From positions 95,180,132 to 95,224,027 of the forward strand of contig NC_068987.1 in assembly GCF_001194135.2 (NCBI RefSeq): a stretch of DNA of 43,896 nucleotides. The letters are read 5' to 3'. The first letter of the stretch is position 1. Each line of letters opens with the position of its first letter. The position numbers and the translations under genes were made by a program. Below, piece after piece: positions 24,237-36,220 of this stretch. This stretch comes from Octopus bimaculoides (Eukaryota). The notes beneath the pieces are model-generated. The model had not been told where the DNA came from, ran no database searches, and saw only the letters and a list, made by a program, of their open reading frames with translations.

Positions 24237-24269
24237 TTACTCACAAGCAATAATAATAATTATTATTAA

Positions 24270-24487
24270 GGCGGCGAGCTGGCAGAATAGTTAGCACGCC
24301 GGGCGAAATGCTTAACGGTATTTCGTCTGTCGTTGCACTCTGAGTTCAAATTCCGCAGAGGTTGACTTTATCATCATCTTTTCAGCGTTGATAAAATAAG
24401 TAGCATTTGAACACTGGGGTAGATGTACTCGACTCTTCCCCCCCCCAAAAAAAAACTGCTGCCCTTGTGGCAAAATTTGAAACCACC
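24270..24487 (+). mobile_element. tRNA-derived SINE, full length, with Pol III A and B boxes
   Basis: GGCGGCGAGCTGGCAGAATAGTTAGC (A box about 24280-24290), GAGTTCAAATTCC (B box 24342-24354); (ATT)n on both flanks. Confidence 0.88.
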
Positions 24488-24488
24488 A

Positions 24489-24529
<41 letters not shown>

Positions 24530-25504
24530 GTAATTGTTGTTATTACTATTATTATCGTAGTAATACATCGTTCTGACAAACTCCTTGTAATGGGTATTTC
24601 TCGATAGCCTGCTGGAAGAAAATGAGTTCTGTCTATGAAGAAAAATGTGATAAAAGATCATCAATTTCAGCAGCAACCACAAAACACATTAAGAAAAATT
24701 GTTACAAATCGCAATTATTATAAGACATGTAAAAATCATCTCAACTTTTCCCCATCTCCCTTCTCCCCTTCTCACCATCATCATCGTCGCCTTCTTCCCC
24801 GCCATCATCATCATCATCATCTCCGTCGCTGTCGTCGTCATCCTTTGTGTTATTCACTGTAATAAAGAAACCAAAAAAGTCAATATTGAATGATGAATCT
24901 AATCAATGTTATTAAACTAGAAAATTAATATTGATTTTACACGAACAGCAACGGCAATAACAATAACAAAGTTGGTAACAAAAAAATCGACAAAAGCAAC
25001 CGACTCCTGTATTCGTATTTCTGTATACGCATGCGTGTGTATATGTGCGTGCATGTATGCCATAACGATCATTTGATGTATGGCGGTGATGGTTTGGCTG
25101 TGTTTAAATTACCAATTTATTCCGTGTTAATTAACATTTATTACTTTTGTTCAACGTTCTATAAACATAATTTCACTACCTATGATGATATTTCACATTC
25201 CACTAAGGCAAATATAATCGCGTGTTAATCACTTCAGCTTGTCGTTCGTATCGAACTTAGCAGGGTTTTTTTTTGTTGTTTCATTTATTTTTGTTTTCCT
25301 CTTTTTTTAGTTCATTGCACTTGTTCAGACATTATCATTTCACAAACTTCCTGTTTACTCCGATTACACAGAATGTTCCATAAATGAGAAGGCAGCATCT
25401 AAACATGTATTATGTTCGAAAATGTAGAAAAACAAAAAATGGGTAGCACCTACTCTTTCAGAACTAAAAACAAACTTCTGTCCCTGATATAAGCAATGTC
25501 TACA

Positions 25505-25898
25505 CTCCATCACTTTAGCGACGACTATACTTGCTGATTTTCGGTAGTAAATTGCGAAGAATAATTTATGATTCTCAATTCATCGTTTTCGGAATCAGTC
25601 AATGTTTCCTATGGAGTTTCTCTATAAGATTGACATGGTGAGATAAGTTTTTTAACCCTCGGCGACAGAATAATGGGTGACTGATGAAGATTAATCAAAT
25701 CTGAAATCATCGCTGATATAGCCATCTCGCTTGCCGTAGGGAGCGTGTCTCCCTTGTCAGTCGTTAGAAAAGTGCTCTCACTTAGCTAAAAGTTTCGATT
25801 CTTATATCTAGCAATGGTGGTGTTGCTGACCAGCACCCTCCATCACTTTAGTGACGACCATATTTGTTGCCTTTCGGTTGTAAATTGCGAATAGTCAC
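25505..25898 (+). repeat. ~60-bp imperfect direct repeats, 333-bp period, bracketing a hammerhead motif
   Basis: CTCCATCACTTTAG[C/T]GACGAC..TTTCGGT.GTAAATTGCGAA at 25505 and 25838. Confidence 0.85.
25673..25725 (+). ncRNA. Type I hammerhead ribozyme motif (Penelope/retrozyme-like)
   Basis: CTGATGA 25681-87; stem II AGATT/AATCT with 5-nt loop; GAAA 25703-06; stem III TCA/TGA with TCGC loop; U-A cleavage site 25717-18; stem I ATGGGTGA/TAGCCAT with one bulge and one G-G mismatch. Confidence 0.7.
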
Positions 25899-26295
25899 CC
25901 AAATAATTTATATATATACATACAATGAATTATATATGGTTTGAGCAGAAAGGACACAACAAGGAGAAAAAGTTAGACGATAGCAGAGTGAACAGGAAAC
26001 TAGACGAAAACTTAACAGACGGGAAATTTAGACAAAGACACGATACACGGAAAATTCGCACTTGAGTTCTCCTCGTCAGTCAATGACCCAAAATATCATA
26101 GTGGTTTCGCGCCATTACCATTGAGACCACACAATCTTGGAGACGCCAGTGCTGTTATTAAGCTACTGGGAAAAGCTAGCTTATGTATACTAAGACAAAA
26201 ATAAACAAGATATTATATAAATACAACAGAAAAAGAATTACGCATATATAATAGAAAAATCCTTATGGCTATATAAAACAGAAGAAAAAATAATA

Positions 26296-26430
26296 CTCAA
26301 CTGGTATTCGTTTGATCGATCTTGAAATGATTTAAGGCAAAGACGACTTCGATGAAATTTTAATTTAGAACGTGAAGAGCTGTGACAAATACTGCTGAGC
26401 ACTTTGTCGGGCGCTATAACGACTTTACCT
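26296..26430 (-). mobile_element. tRNA-derived SINE, copy 1 of a tandem trio (diverged, partial)
   Basis: Reverse complement matches SINE head and body. Confidence 0.7.
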
Positions 26431-26442
26431 TAATAAAAGTAA

Positions 26443-26657
26443 TTCTCCCTATTATATGAATAAGACCTGAAAATTTGGTAGAGGACCTGGGCGATAACAT
26501 CGACCCCCAGTGACCAACTAGTACTTATTTCATTGACCCTGAAAGTAAAAATAGGTACATTCGACCTCAGCGGAATTTGAACTCACAACGTAAAGACAGA
26601 AGAAATACTGCGACCCATTTTATCCGAGGTGCTAACGATTCTGCCGTCTCACCATCT
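26443..26657 (-). mobile_element. tRNA-derived SINE, copy 2 of the trio
   Basis: Reverse complement GGTGAGACGGCAGAATCGTTAGCACC...GAGTTCAAATTCCGCTGAGGTCGA. Confidence 0.85.
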
Positions 26658-26674
26658 TAATAATCATAATGGTG

Positions 26675-26878
26675 ATTTCAAATCTTGGCACAAAGCCAGC
26701 GACTACGGGGTCGTCGATTACACTGACCCACAGTGTCCAACTGGTACCTATTTCATCGAGCCCTAAAGGATGAAAGGTAAAGTCGACTTCAGTGGAATTT
26801 GAACTCAGAACGTAGAGACGTACGAAATGTCGCTAATTATTTTGTCCGGCGCGGTTACGATTCTGCCGGTTCGCCATG
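26675..26878 (-). mobile_element. tRNA-derived SINE, copy 3 of the trio
   Basis: Reverse complement GGCGAACCGGCAGAATCGTAACC...CTGAGTTCAAATTCCACTGAAGTCGACTTTACC. Confidence 0.85.
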
Positions 26879-26914
26879 TTAATAATAATAATAATCATAA
26901 TAATAATAATTAAT

Positions 26915-27110
26915 TCGTTTTATTGGCCACAAGGGCTAATATCAATTAAAAACATATAAGGACAAAGACAGGACGAAGGTTACAAAAGGTTTTGTCCGAA
27001 AAGGTAGGAAAGTTCTTCTAAACAGAGGAAGAAGACGGAGAAAGATATAATAAATAAATAGATAAATAAATAGATAAATAAATAAATAGAACTTCCAAAG
27101 GGGGAGGCGC
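26915..27110 (-). mobile_element. Probable solo 3' end of an L1/Tx1-type element
   Basis: Minus strand ends TTAGCCCTTGTGGCCAATAAAAC, similar to the tails at 36601-36640 and 39657-39700. Confidence 0.4.
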
Positions 27111-27119
27111 TTCAATGAT

Positions 27120-27238
27120 TCTTTCTACACCAGGCATAAGGCCTGGAAATTGTGGGAAGATGCTCAACTGGCACTTATTTTATTGACCGCGATAGTTGAC
27201 CTCGGTGAAATGGGAACTGAGGACGTAAAGAGCCAGAA

Positions 27239-27240
<2 letters not shown>
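27120..27240 (-). mobile_element. tRNA-derived SINE, deleted and diverged copy
   Basis: CAGGCATAAGGCCTGGAAAT..CTCAACTGGCACTTATTTTATTGACC..GACCTCGG matches the other copies. Confidence 0.7.
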
Positions 27241-27291
<51 letters not shown>

Positions 27292-28149
27292 GTATATTAT
27301 CACTTTAGCACTAGTTCTTTTACCCCTCTACTTTACTTATGTACACGGATTTTCATTTATTTATTTTCACCTCTCACATCTTCAAGTAAAATATCTGCTA
27401 AATCCTCTGAAATAACACAAACTATTTCCACTCCCACCCCTCCTAATACATCCATCCCCATCTCTTCCCTGCTATAGTGTTTCTCATATCCTCGCACTTA
27501 CAATTAATCAAGCTGACGATTCGTCCGCCCCATTCCGTCAGTTTTATGACAATATCTCATAGTCCACGTATTTTACAGCCATTACACTATACTACTTCAC
27601 ACGCAACATCTCTCACACCTCCTCCTACCGGCTGCTTTTTCCTTGTCCCCAATTCATCTTTTATCACTTTCTTTGCCTATCTTTCTTACTCAGATCCACC
27701 CTCTTTATATAATACAGCCACCTGTGATTCTACTTCTCCCCTTTCCCAAACTCATTATCAGCTTCTTTATAATTTCTTTCTGTATCCCAACTCTTTAATT
27801 ACATCCACTGCTTTACTCTGTCTCCATCGTCTAATCTACTTGTCAGTCGGCATCTGCCTTCGAAGCTTCTCTCAGTCTATGTGCGTGCGCGTACGTGTGT
27901 GCGTCTGAATGGACGTATGTGTGTGCATGTACACACACACACACAGATACATATATATATATATACCGATTCTAGATTTTGACATTACAATCTATATCAC
28001 CGGACAGGATCACAATTACATCAACAACATCATATGTCATGCTTCAAACGCAGGAATAAGGCACAGACACACAATGCAGATACGCACAACACACATAAAA
28101 AAGCTATTTAAATCTCACTCTTAGCTGCTGTTGTTAGTATTATCAGTTC

Positions 28150-28860
28150 TAAAACATTAATGAGTGAGATACTGCAGAAACAGTACTGCTCTGTTTTCAG
28201 CAATCCTGACATGGCCGGTCTGGACTGTATCAGTGATGTTAATCCTCAACACACTAAAGTTTGGCGCCCTTGATATCTTAGCGGTAATAAACGAAATTAA
28301 ACACAATTCAGCAGTAGGCCCTGATAGGTTCTATGCTTGTGTCCTGAAAGTGTGCCAACACCAATTTGAGGTCCCTCTTGCTAATCTGTGGAGGAATTCA
28401 CTGGATGCTGGCTATTATCTTGAAAACTTTCTGTCCCAGTCTATTGTCCCAGTTTTCAAAAAAGGAACCAAATCCCTTGCAATGAACTACCGGTCGATCT
28501 CGCTCGACTCTCAGATCACCAACGTATTTTGAGAGGGTGATGAGATCACGGATAACCCACTTTTTTGAAAGTAACAGACATGGGTGCTGTAATGGAAGGA
28601 ACTGCCAGAACGGGTCGACACTGCATAGTGCCAAAGATCTCAGCAATGCCATCGCTCTTCAGAACCAGTTACTGCAACAGCCGGAGGGACCTACACAAAA
28701 TGGATGTAGGTGTTTTCAAATCAAAACTGGACAGCTTCCTGTCGAGAGCCCCAGATGAACCTACCTCGTGGCAAGAGGTACAGATGAAGGTAGCGACATC
28801 AAACTCCATTATTCACCAAAGCTCAAATGATAACAGTGTAGCAAAAGGGCTGTGTCTCAG
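28150..28860 (+). mobile_element. CR1-type LINE, internally deleted (RT N-terminus joined to the 3' end)
   Basis: AVGPDRFYACVLK..LANLWRNSLD..SQSIVPVFKKG.KSLAMNYRSISL, then ESNRHGCCNGRNC jumping to RTGRHCIVPKI..FKSKLDSFLSRAPDEP; same family as 42295-43896. Confidence 0.8.
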
Positions 28861-28896
28861 CATGGTCACAGCTCTGAGCTGAAACAAGAAAAAAAT

Positions 28897-28944
<48 letters not shown>

Positions 28945-31580
28945 NNNNNNNNNNNNNNNNNNNNNNNNNNNNNNNNNNNNNNNNNNNNNNNNNNNNNNNN
29001 NNNNNNNNNNNNNNNNNNNNNNNNNNNNNNNNNNNNNNNNNNNNNNNNNNNNNNNNNNNNNNNNNNNNNNNNNNNNNNNNNNNNNNNNNNNNNNNNNNNN
29101 NNNNNNNNNNNNNNNNNNNNNNNNNNNNNNNNNNNNNNNNNNNNNNNNNNNNNNNNNNNNNNNNNNNNNNNNNNNNNNNNNNNNNNNNNNNNNNNNNNNN
29201 NNNNNNNNNNNNNNNNNNNNNNNNNNNNNNNNNNNNNNNNNNNNNNNNNNNNNNNNNNNNNNNNNNNNNNNNNNNNNNNNNNNNNNNNNNNNNNNNNNNN
29301 NNNNNNNNNNNNNNNNNNNNNNNNNNNNNNNNNNNNNNNNNNNNNNNNNNNNNNNNNNNNNNNNNNNNNNNNNNNNNNNNNNNNNNNNNNNNNNNNNNNN
29401 NNNNNNNNNNNNNNNNNNNNNNNNNNNNNNNNNNNNNNNNNNNNNNNNNNNNNNNNNNNNNNNNNNNNNNNNNNNNNNNNNNNNNNNNNNNNNNNNNNNN
29501 NNNNNNNNNNNNNNNNNNNNNNNNNNNNNNNNNNNNTATATATATGCATACATACGTATTCTATGTATGCTCTTATGTGTATATTTGTAACGCATTGACA
29601 CAAGTACGAGGCATCCCTTTTAACGTGGCGAAGAATCGGCGCCAGAATATCGGAAGAATTCCGTGAGTAGATTTAAACTGAAACTTCGGTCTTCTCTAAT
29701 AATTATTTCAGCTACTTCGTCATTGTCCAGGGAAATTAACAGAGCTGACCATTAGATAAACCTTCACATATATAACCTGAGCAATAACTGCTTGTTTATC
29801 TTAATTCCTCGCCTTGAATCTATTAGCTATAATTGCTAAATGTGACTTTATCATACTGTGTCAGATAGAAGGAGTGGCAGCACCTGTTTACCTCTTATGG
29901 GCAATATGGTATTGGCAAAATTGCTTGGGGTTGGACGCTATGTATATGTGGTAGTATTATCCTGGTGATGGTTGTGGTAGTAGTACTGTTGAAGTAGTGC
30001 GGAATATTTTTCACGGTGGATTACTGTTATTTGTATTAGCGTCGGTGGCACAATGGTAAAATAGTAAACTAGTTGGGATTTGTGGGACCTTTGGGAAATA
30101 GTGGTGGTGGTGGTGGTGGTGATGATGAGAATGATGGTGATGGTTGTAGATTGGTTGTGATCGGTGATTTTCTAGAAAGTGGCCTGTATTATAGAGATTA
30201 GATAATGTTAGATTGTTATTGATATAGGTGATTCAAGATAAAAGAGATGTTCGTAACAGTAACTATTCGTTCTGACCATTAGTACTGAGGAGTGAATTAC
30301 TGTTATTGTTTAGTCCTCAGATCTGACATAAGATGAAAGGTGTTTCAGTCATGACTATCGAATGGTTCATTCTATGGGAACTATATTCTCCTGCCCAGCG
30401 TTCTTTCAGATGCTAAGGTATTATTTGAGGGATATTTAGTAACTACTTCAGTCAGGTCGAGCGATCGCGCCTTAGCTCCAGGGAAGGCTCATTTGTGATA
30501 TGATGTTGTTGTTTTAAAATACATCAGCAGAGAGGAATTCGATCCCACCAAGCAAGTAAGTCTTTACAATTGCGATTCTTTTACGTACAAACCTAAAAAG
30601 GTTCAATGAAATCTTGATTTGAAATACACTTAAAATGATACGTATGTATGTATGTATGCATGTATGCATGTATATAAAGCTGAAAATGACAGTTTTTCTC
30701 GTACTTCTGTTTCTTATTTCGATCCATAAAACGTCATTGATTCTCAAAACCGTGACCGTCTCCCGCAATGATTGGTTTCACACCACATGGAATAAAGAAT
30801 TGAATCCTAAGACCAAGCTATCTGGTAATGCAACCTGATTCCAGCACCCTTCTATTAATATTCATAGGTACATGCAAATTTATGTATGTATATATATATT
30901 TGTGTGTGTGTGTGTGCGTGTGTATGTGTGTGTATATATGTATGTGTGTGTGTGATGATGGTCGCTCCTGTCGATTTCGACTTACGGTTAAAGAGATTAA
31001 TAAAAGGCAAGAAAAAAGAAAGAAAAAGGAAAAAAATAAGAAACTAAGAATCTGAATTTATTTGCAATGAATGCGTGAATGTAATTTCAATCCTGACATG
31101 GATTTTGCTATCAAGGTGCAATGGGGACATTGATGATTTTAATTTTACCTGGGAGTGGACAAGTTCTATTTGTTCTTTTATCTTCAGCTTAAATTACTTG
31201 GATGCATCGTGACACACTTTACGCCATGCAGATCGATCTAGGCCTTGGCTTTCCCAAGATGTCAGGTTAAGCTGTAGAGATTTTAGTGATTGCTTAAACT
31301 TATCTTTATACCAACGGAGAAGTCTTCTTTGTCGCGATATCTTTCCACTTTTTGGACATACAGAAGAATTTTGGGAAAACGTTCAATTTTCATTCGAACA
31401 AGATGTCCTACCCATCAGCACTGAATTTTCATCAGAAGGCTTTGTATATTGGAGGTATCACATTTTTCTTATGTCTTTGCATTGGATATCTTATCTTGCT
31501 ATTTTATGTTGCATATGTTGTGCAAACAGCACATGGGAAAGCTTGCAAGTTTCTTTATATGTCTGTAGTATGCCTGTAGT

Positions 31581-31614
<34 letters not shown>

Positions 31615-32080
31615 CCCCGCCATACAAAGGTGTATTGAATATACAAGATTTGTATACACTTGTTTTCATTTTCAGACTGACATCTTGTTCATCCTACAAA
31701 CGAATGGCAAGTTTTCCAGAAAGACTTGTAGCCTTAGCTATTCTAACATTGATTTCGTTGTGAAGAGTACACTTACAGTTTACTGTTCTTCCAAGATATT
31801 CAAATGACCTGATCCATTTGAAAGGATTGTTGTTTATCATCACGATTAAATGTTGAGTATGTTCTGCCACAGGTTTTGGTTGGAATAACACTTCAGTCTT
31901 CTTGATGCTGGCAGTCAGTTCAAATGCACTAGCTGCCGCAGCAAACCTGTCGACCCTTTCCTGAATTCCCTCAAATGTGCGAGAAATCAATGCGCAATCA
32001 TCAGCAAATAGAGAGTCACGCAAGATCTCTTCCTTAGTCTTTTTTCTTTGATTTGAAACTTTGCCCGTTCAAGTTTAATA

Positions 32081-33322
32081 CGAGGGGTGTTCAATAAAGA
32101 TTTCCTCTGACCCACTTCCCAAGGAGTGGGATAAACGAAACTTACCATAATTATTAGTCCTTCTTTACATATCTACCATTAATGGTGACACACCTCTTCC
32201 ATTGCTTTATGCAGCTGTGAAGACCTCGTCTGTAGAAATCAGTAGGTTGCTTCTGGAGCCAAGACTTTACCACGGAAATAAGTTCATCATCGTCCGAAAA
32301 TGCTTCCCCTTCAAAAAAGACCGCATGATTGGAAAGAAGTGGAAGTCAAACGATGCGAGGTCAAGAGAGTACGGAGAGTGAGGAAGGATTTTATAGCCGA
32401 GGAGTGTGCTGCGCATTATAAACTGGGACGTTGTCTTGAAGAAGGTGGACCCTTTTGGTTAGCATGTCACGCCTCTTTGCTTTTCTGCAGCGGTGAAGCA
32501 TAATATGCCCCTTTAATTGTGGTGCTCTTTGCCAGGAAATCCATCATCACTACTCCGCGCCGGTCCCAAAGGACTGAGTATCACCCTGCCTGCTGAGATT
32601 TGGACATGAGCCTTCTTTGGAAGCGGTGAGATATCAGGCTTCCGTTGCTTCGACTGGTTTTTAGTCTCATAGTGATGGACCTATGTTTCAACGTGTGTGA
32701 TAAGTCTGCCGAAAAATTCCTCCTCGTTTTCTTGGCACCTTGCCAAAAAAACCTGGAAGCAATTGACTCGTTCCTGCTTCTGAAAATGTGTGAGCATCCG
32801 GGGAATTCATCGTTCAGACAACTTCCGCATGTGCAAATAGTCGTGAATGATTTTTCCTCCGGACCCTACACTTATCCTCACTTCTTGGGCTAGTGGCCGA
32901 ATAATTTTGTGGTGATCCACCAAAATGGTGGCTTCCATTTTATAGATGGTTTGCGGAATGTGGTCGCCCAGGAATAGGAGCAGTTTCCACCGATGTCCGA
33001 CCACATTTGAACTGGCGGTGCCAGTGTTTGACTATGTCGTATGATGGCGCATCGTCACCATAAACTTCTTTCATCTCATCGAAAGTCTGTTTTGGTGTAC
33101 GACCTTTCAAATATAAGAACCTGATCACTGATCTGCATTCAGCTACCTCCATTATAACATCTTAGTCCACTTCAGCAACCATAAATGACAGACAAATACT
33201 AGTGGAAAGCTATAATTTACAATGTGACATGTAGAGAGACCTATATAATTATACTTGTGCAAGTTCCGTTTCCTGCAATAAACGGAAGTGGGTCAAGGGA
33301 AATCTTTAATGAACACTTTTCG
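32081..33322 (-). mobile_element. Complete mariner (DD34D) transposon with TA duplication
   Basis: Left TIR CGAGGGGTGTTCAATAAAGATTTCCTCTGACCCACTTCC versus right reverse complement CGAAAAGTGTTCATTAAAGATTTCCCTTGACCCACTTCC; TA at 32079-80 and 33323-24. Confidence 0.93.
32154..33152 (-). pseudogene. Mariner transposase, frameshifted
   Basis: MEVAECRSVIRFLYLKG..APSYDIVKHWHRQFKCGRTSVE...GRP, LLQDNVPVY, PHSPYSLDLASFDF, KRCVTINGRYVKKD*. Confidence 0.9.
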
Positions 33323-34587
33323 TAGGCCTCTCATTTTGTGCGAAACTAACATTTTATACCTCCATGGTAATCTGAGAGCATGTTGGAACATCATTGAAAA
33401 GAAAATGGGAAAAAGAAGACAACAGGGGTTAAAACACACCCCTGTTTGGTTGCAGTGAGAAAAGAAAATGCCTCTGAACATTGACTGCTAGATACCACTG
33501 TTGCCATCATACCTTTATTCCGGGATACTATAACTCTTATCGTCTGATCAGGGAGTCCAGCTTTTGATATTTTCCAGAGCGCCTCACAATACACTGTATT
33601 TCTATTTAAAGCCCAAAATATGTGTAAGCTCGTTTCTGTTATTCCTAACTTTGAGATAGAAACTTACGTATACCAGCACCCACAAACCACACAGATCACA
33701 CAGATGGAGCACATACACGCAAACAGCCGTACAAATAGACTCTCACGCACACACGCGCGCGCGCGCGCATATTCTTCAACCTCAGCATATTCTACCGCGC
33801 TATCGTATTGTATTCCTCGTACTGTATTCCTTTGTTCACTTGATTCTAAGTGCTTTTACCATTCGGTCTTCATTTTGCTTGTCTCTGTCATGCATGTTGG
33901 TGTGTGTGTACGCGTGAGTGTGCCTATATAAATATATTTATATATAAATATACATATTTATGCATGCATATATGTGTGTATGTATGTATGTGTATATCTA
34001 TGTATGTATTTGTTTGTACATGCTACACACACATGAACAAATACACACACACACACCTATATACATGTATAAGAAAATATGCACATTACATGATATCCGT
34101 TTCAGAAACTATGTTCCTATCCTTAATCATTCGAGAGAGGCCCGCCTTGAACTCAACAATACTCTTTGTGTGTGGTCTGAGATTATATTCTTTCGTAGCA
34201 TGATAAGCTTAACTCTTAGATAAACAAGGCTGCATTCAATGAGCGCCCCAGAATTGAGCTGAGCTCCACACGAACATCCTGACCTGTCAGGCCTGTGACC
34301 TTGTTTCTGCTCCGGAGCATATTTGTTTCCTTTATTTCATTACGGGTAAATCTTGAAAATGAGGTATACATCATTTCCCCGTCGAAAATATATAAAAATA
34401 TATATTTGAGAAATTGCAATTTTATTTGATACTTGGTACAATATTAAGCTAATTTAACATTATGTGTCTTTCGGATTTTGTATTTGATTAGCAAGATTCT
34501 TGATGTGAACTTGTGTGTTGAAACAGATTTTATTTTATCTGCAGCGAATAAAAACGAATGCACTGGTTCAATTTCACATTTTTATTA

Positions 34588-35010
34588 TTCGTCAATTAGT
34601 TAAATGTTTAGCCAATTAATTAATCGATCGTTTGTTCAATCGTTCAATTATTGAATCAATCGGTTTTGTTTGTCCAAGTCCTTTAGTTTCCCTTCGCAAC
34701 CACTATAATGAAGTGTTTAGTAAAATTCAAAGAATTATGAATTGAGGAAATGAAACATCGTTTTGCGATTGGTGTGTTTCGCTCGTTATAATGTCCAGTG
34801 GTTCCACTTCAGCCGATTAGAATGGATGAATATTTTTAGTTCCATTGCTTTTTTTAACATGTACTTAAGATTATTATTTTCATATTTGTCATTGCTTCAA
34901 ACAAACTAAATTTATATGTGTATGTAATATATACAAATCCTATTGATTTATTAATCGAACGATTAAACAAACGATCAATTAATTGGTTAAATATTTAGCT
35001 AATTGACGAA
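34588..35010. mobile_element. MITE-like element (423 bp) with ~75-bp imperfect TIRs and TA flanks
   Basis: TTCGTCAATTAG[T/C]TAAAT.TTTA.CCAATTAATT..GATCGTTTGTT.AATCGTTC at 34588 is mirrored by the reverse complement ending at 35010; TA on both sides. Confidence 0.75.
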
Positions 35011-35877
35011 TATGGTGATTACACTGTTTTTCCCTTCAATTTCAAAACTTTCTGCCCCATCATTTAGAATAGTTATATTTGTATTTTTTAGATTTTATTG
35101 ACACTAACTTATGACACTTAATTTATCTCATTTTTTTTTTTCATGCCTTGAAATTTATTACTTTGTTACGTAAAACCAAAAATAACAAGATTGTCCCAGT
35201 AATATATTATTTATCACACAAAGAAATACCCTATAAGGAAATAAGATGTGCTAAAGTTCATGCCTTTCTCAGGCGCTTTGAAGATGAAAGTGAAATTCAG
35301 CGAACTCCAATATGAATCGAAGCCCAGGCTGGCAAATTCGATCCAACATGCGTGTTTTCTTTTTTGTACATATTTATGTTATATCGATTTCTCTTTGATC
35401 ACATACAAACGTATTATACATTTTGGGTCAAAGAAATTGCAAACTGCGTTATTCATCTCTCTAACTGTTTGAAAATAGTAGGAGCGAACTTGTGCAATAA
35501 TAAGTTACTCATTAATACACTTGAAACTGCTCCGGAAACTCACACAGATATATAAATGCACACTTTTTGTACAAGAGAGAGGTTATAGTGGTATGTAGTA
35601 TGAAGAATTAACGTAGCAAGGAAAAACAACTTTCAAATGTGAAATCTTATAGGCTTACACACGACAAATCCCAAACGTCTGTGCATGCAAAATAAACGGT
35701 TAACTTGCCTCAAACGTTCCTTGTAAAGAGATTCAGCTGAACTACTAAAATACTTTACACTTGATAGACTTTCACCTAGTGGCCATTGGTTGTTTGGTAT
35801 GATGCACTCACGCACACATGTGGCAAGTGTGTATGTCTAGGTGTACATATTTTGTAGTGGAATGTGTAAATGTGTGA

Positions 35878-35915
<38 letters not shown>

Positions 35916-36129
35916 TATTGGTATTTCACTTATGTTTATGAGAAGACGCAATAAATTTTTCTGGATCTTTCTTCCATAGCAACAACGAGATTGCATTATT
36001 ACTTTCCGCATGAACAAAATTAATTACAGAATGGGAAGTAATGTAAGAGTTTATTATTAATCGAAGAGAAAGAAAGCGGCGGAGAGGCAGAAATATGAGA
36101 ATGTCCATTGAAATGGTTTGCAAGATTTA

Positions 36130-36220
36130 GTTACGGCCGTCTGCGTTTCTTAGTTCAAATCCTAACTAGTTTGACTTCCATTTCTTTCATGGTCGATAAA
36201 TTAATATAAACTTGATAGAG
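36130..36220 (+). mobile_element. Highly diverged SINE remnant
   Basis: AGTTCAAATCC (B-box-like) followed by GGTCGATAAATTAA. Confidence 0.4.

Larger units (their letters stand above)
31050..33600 (-). mobile_element. RTE-clade LINE 3' half, interrupted by a mariner and a (GT)n
   Basis: KQGCVLTP, RDSLFADDCAL, FEYLG..NEINVRIAKA, VYKSCIFNTPLYG, YRHIKKL..CLHNICNIK.QDKISN, WVGHLVRM, C-terminal CPHC..SGLKLH.RIH. Confidence 0.85.

Noticed and set aside
24270-24360. tRNA-like A and B boxes
   Set aside because: No cloverleaf or acceptor stem; continues into a SINE body repeated about 10 times in the window.
26040-26140. Minus-strand CTGACGA with nearby GAAAC/GAAT as a second hammerhead
   Set aside because: Stems I and III cannot be paired convincingly in either type I or type II order.
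30150-30770. Possible APE endonuclease remnant (LWIEIR-like)
   Set aside because: Could not find consistent GDFN or SDH motifs on one strand.
31352-31579. Hydrophobic 75-aa plus-strand ORF resembling a membrane protein
   Set aside because: It is the antisense shadow of the RTE C-terminal coding region.
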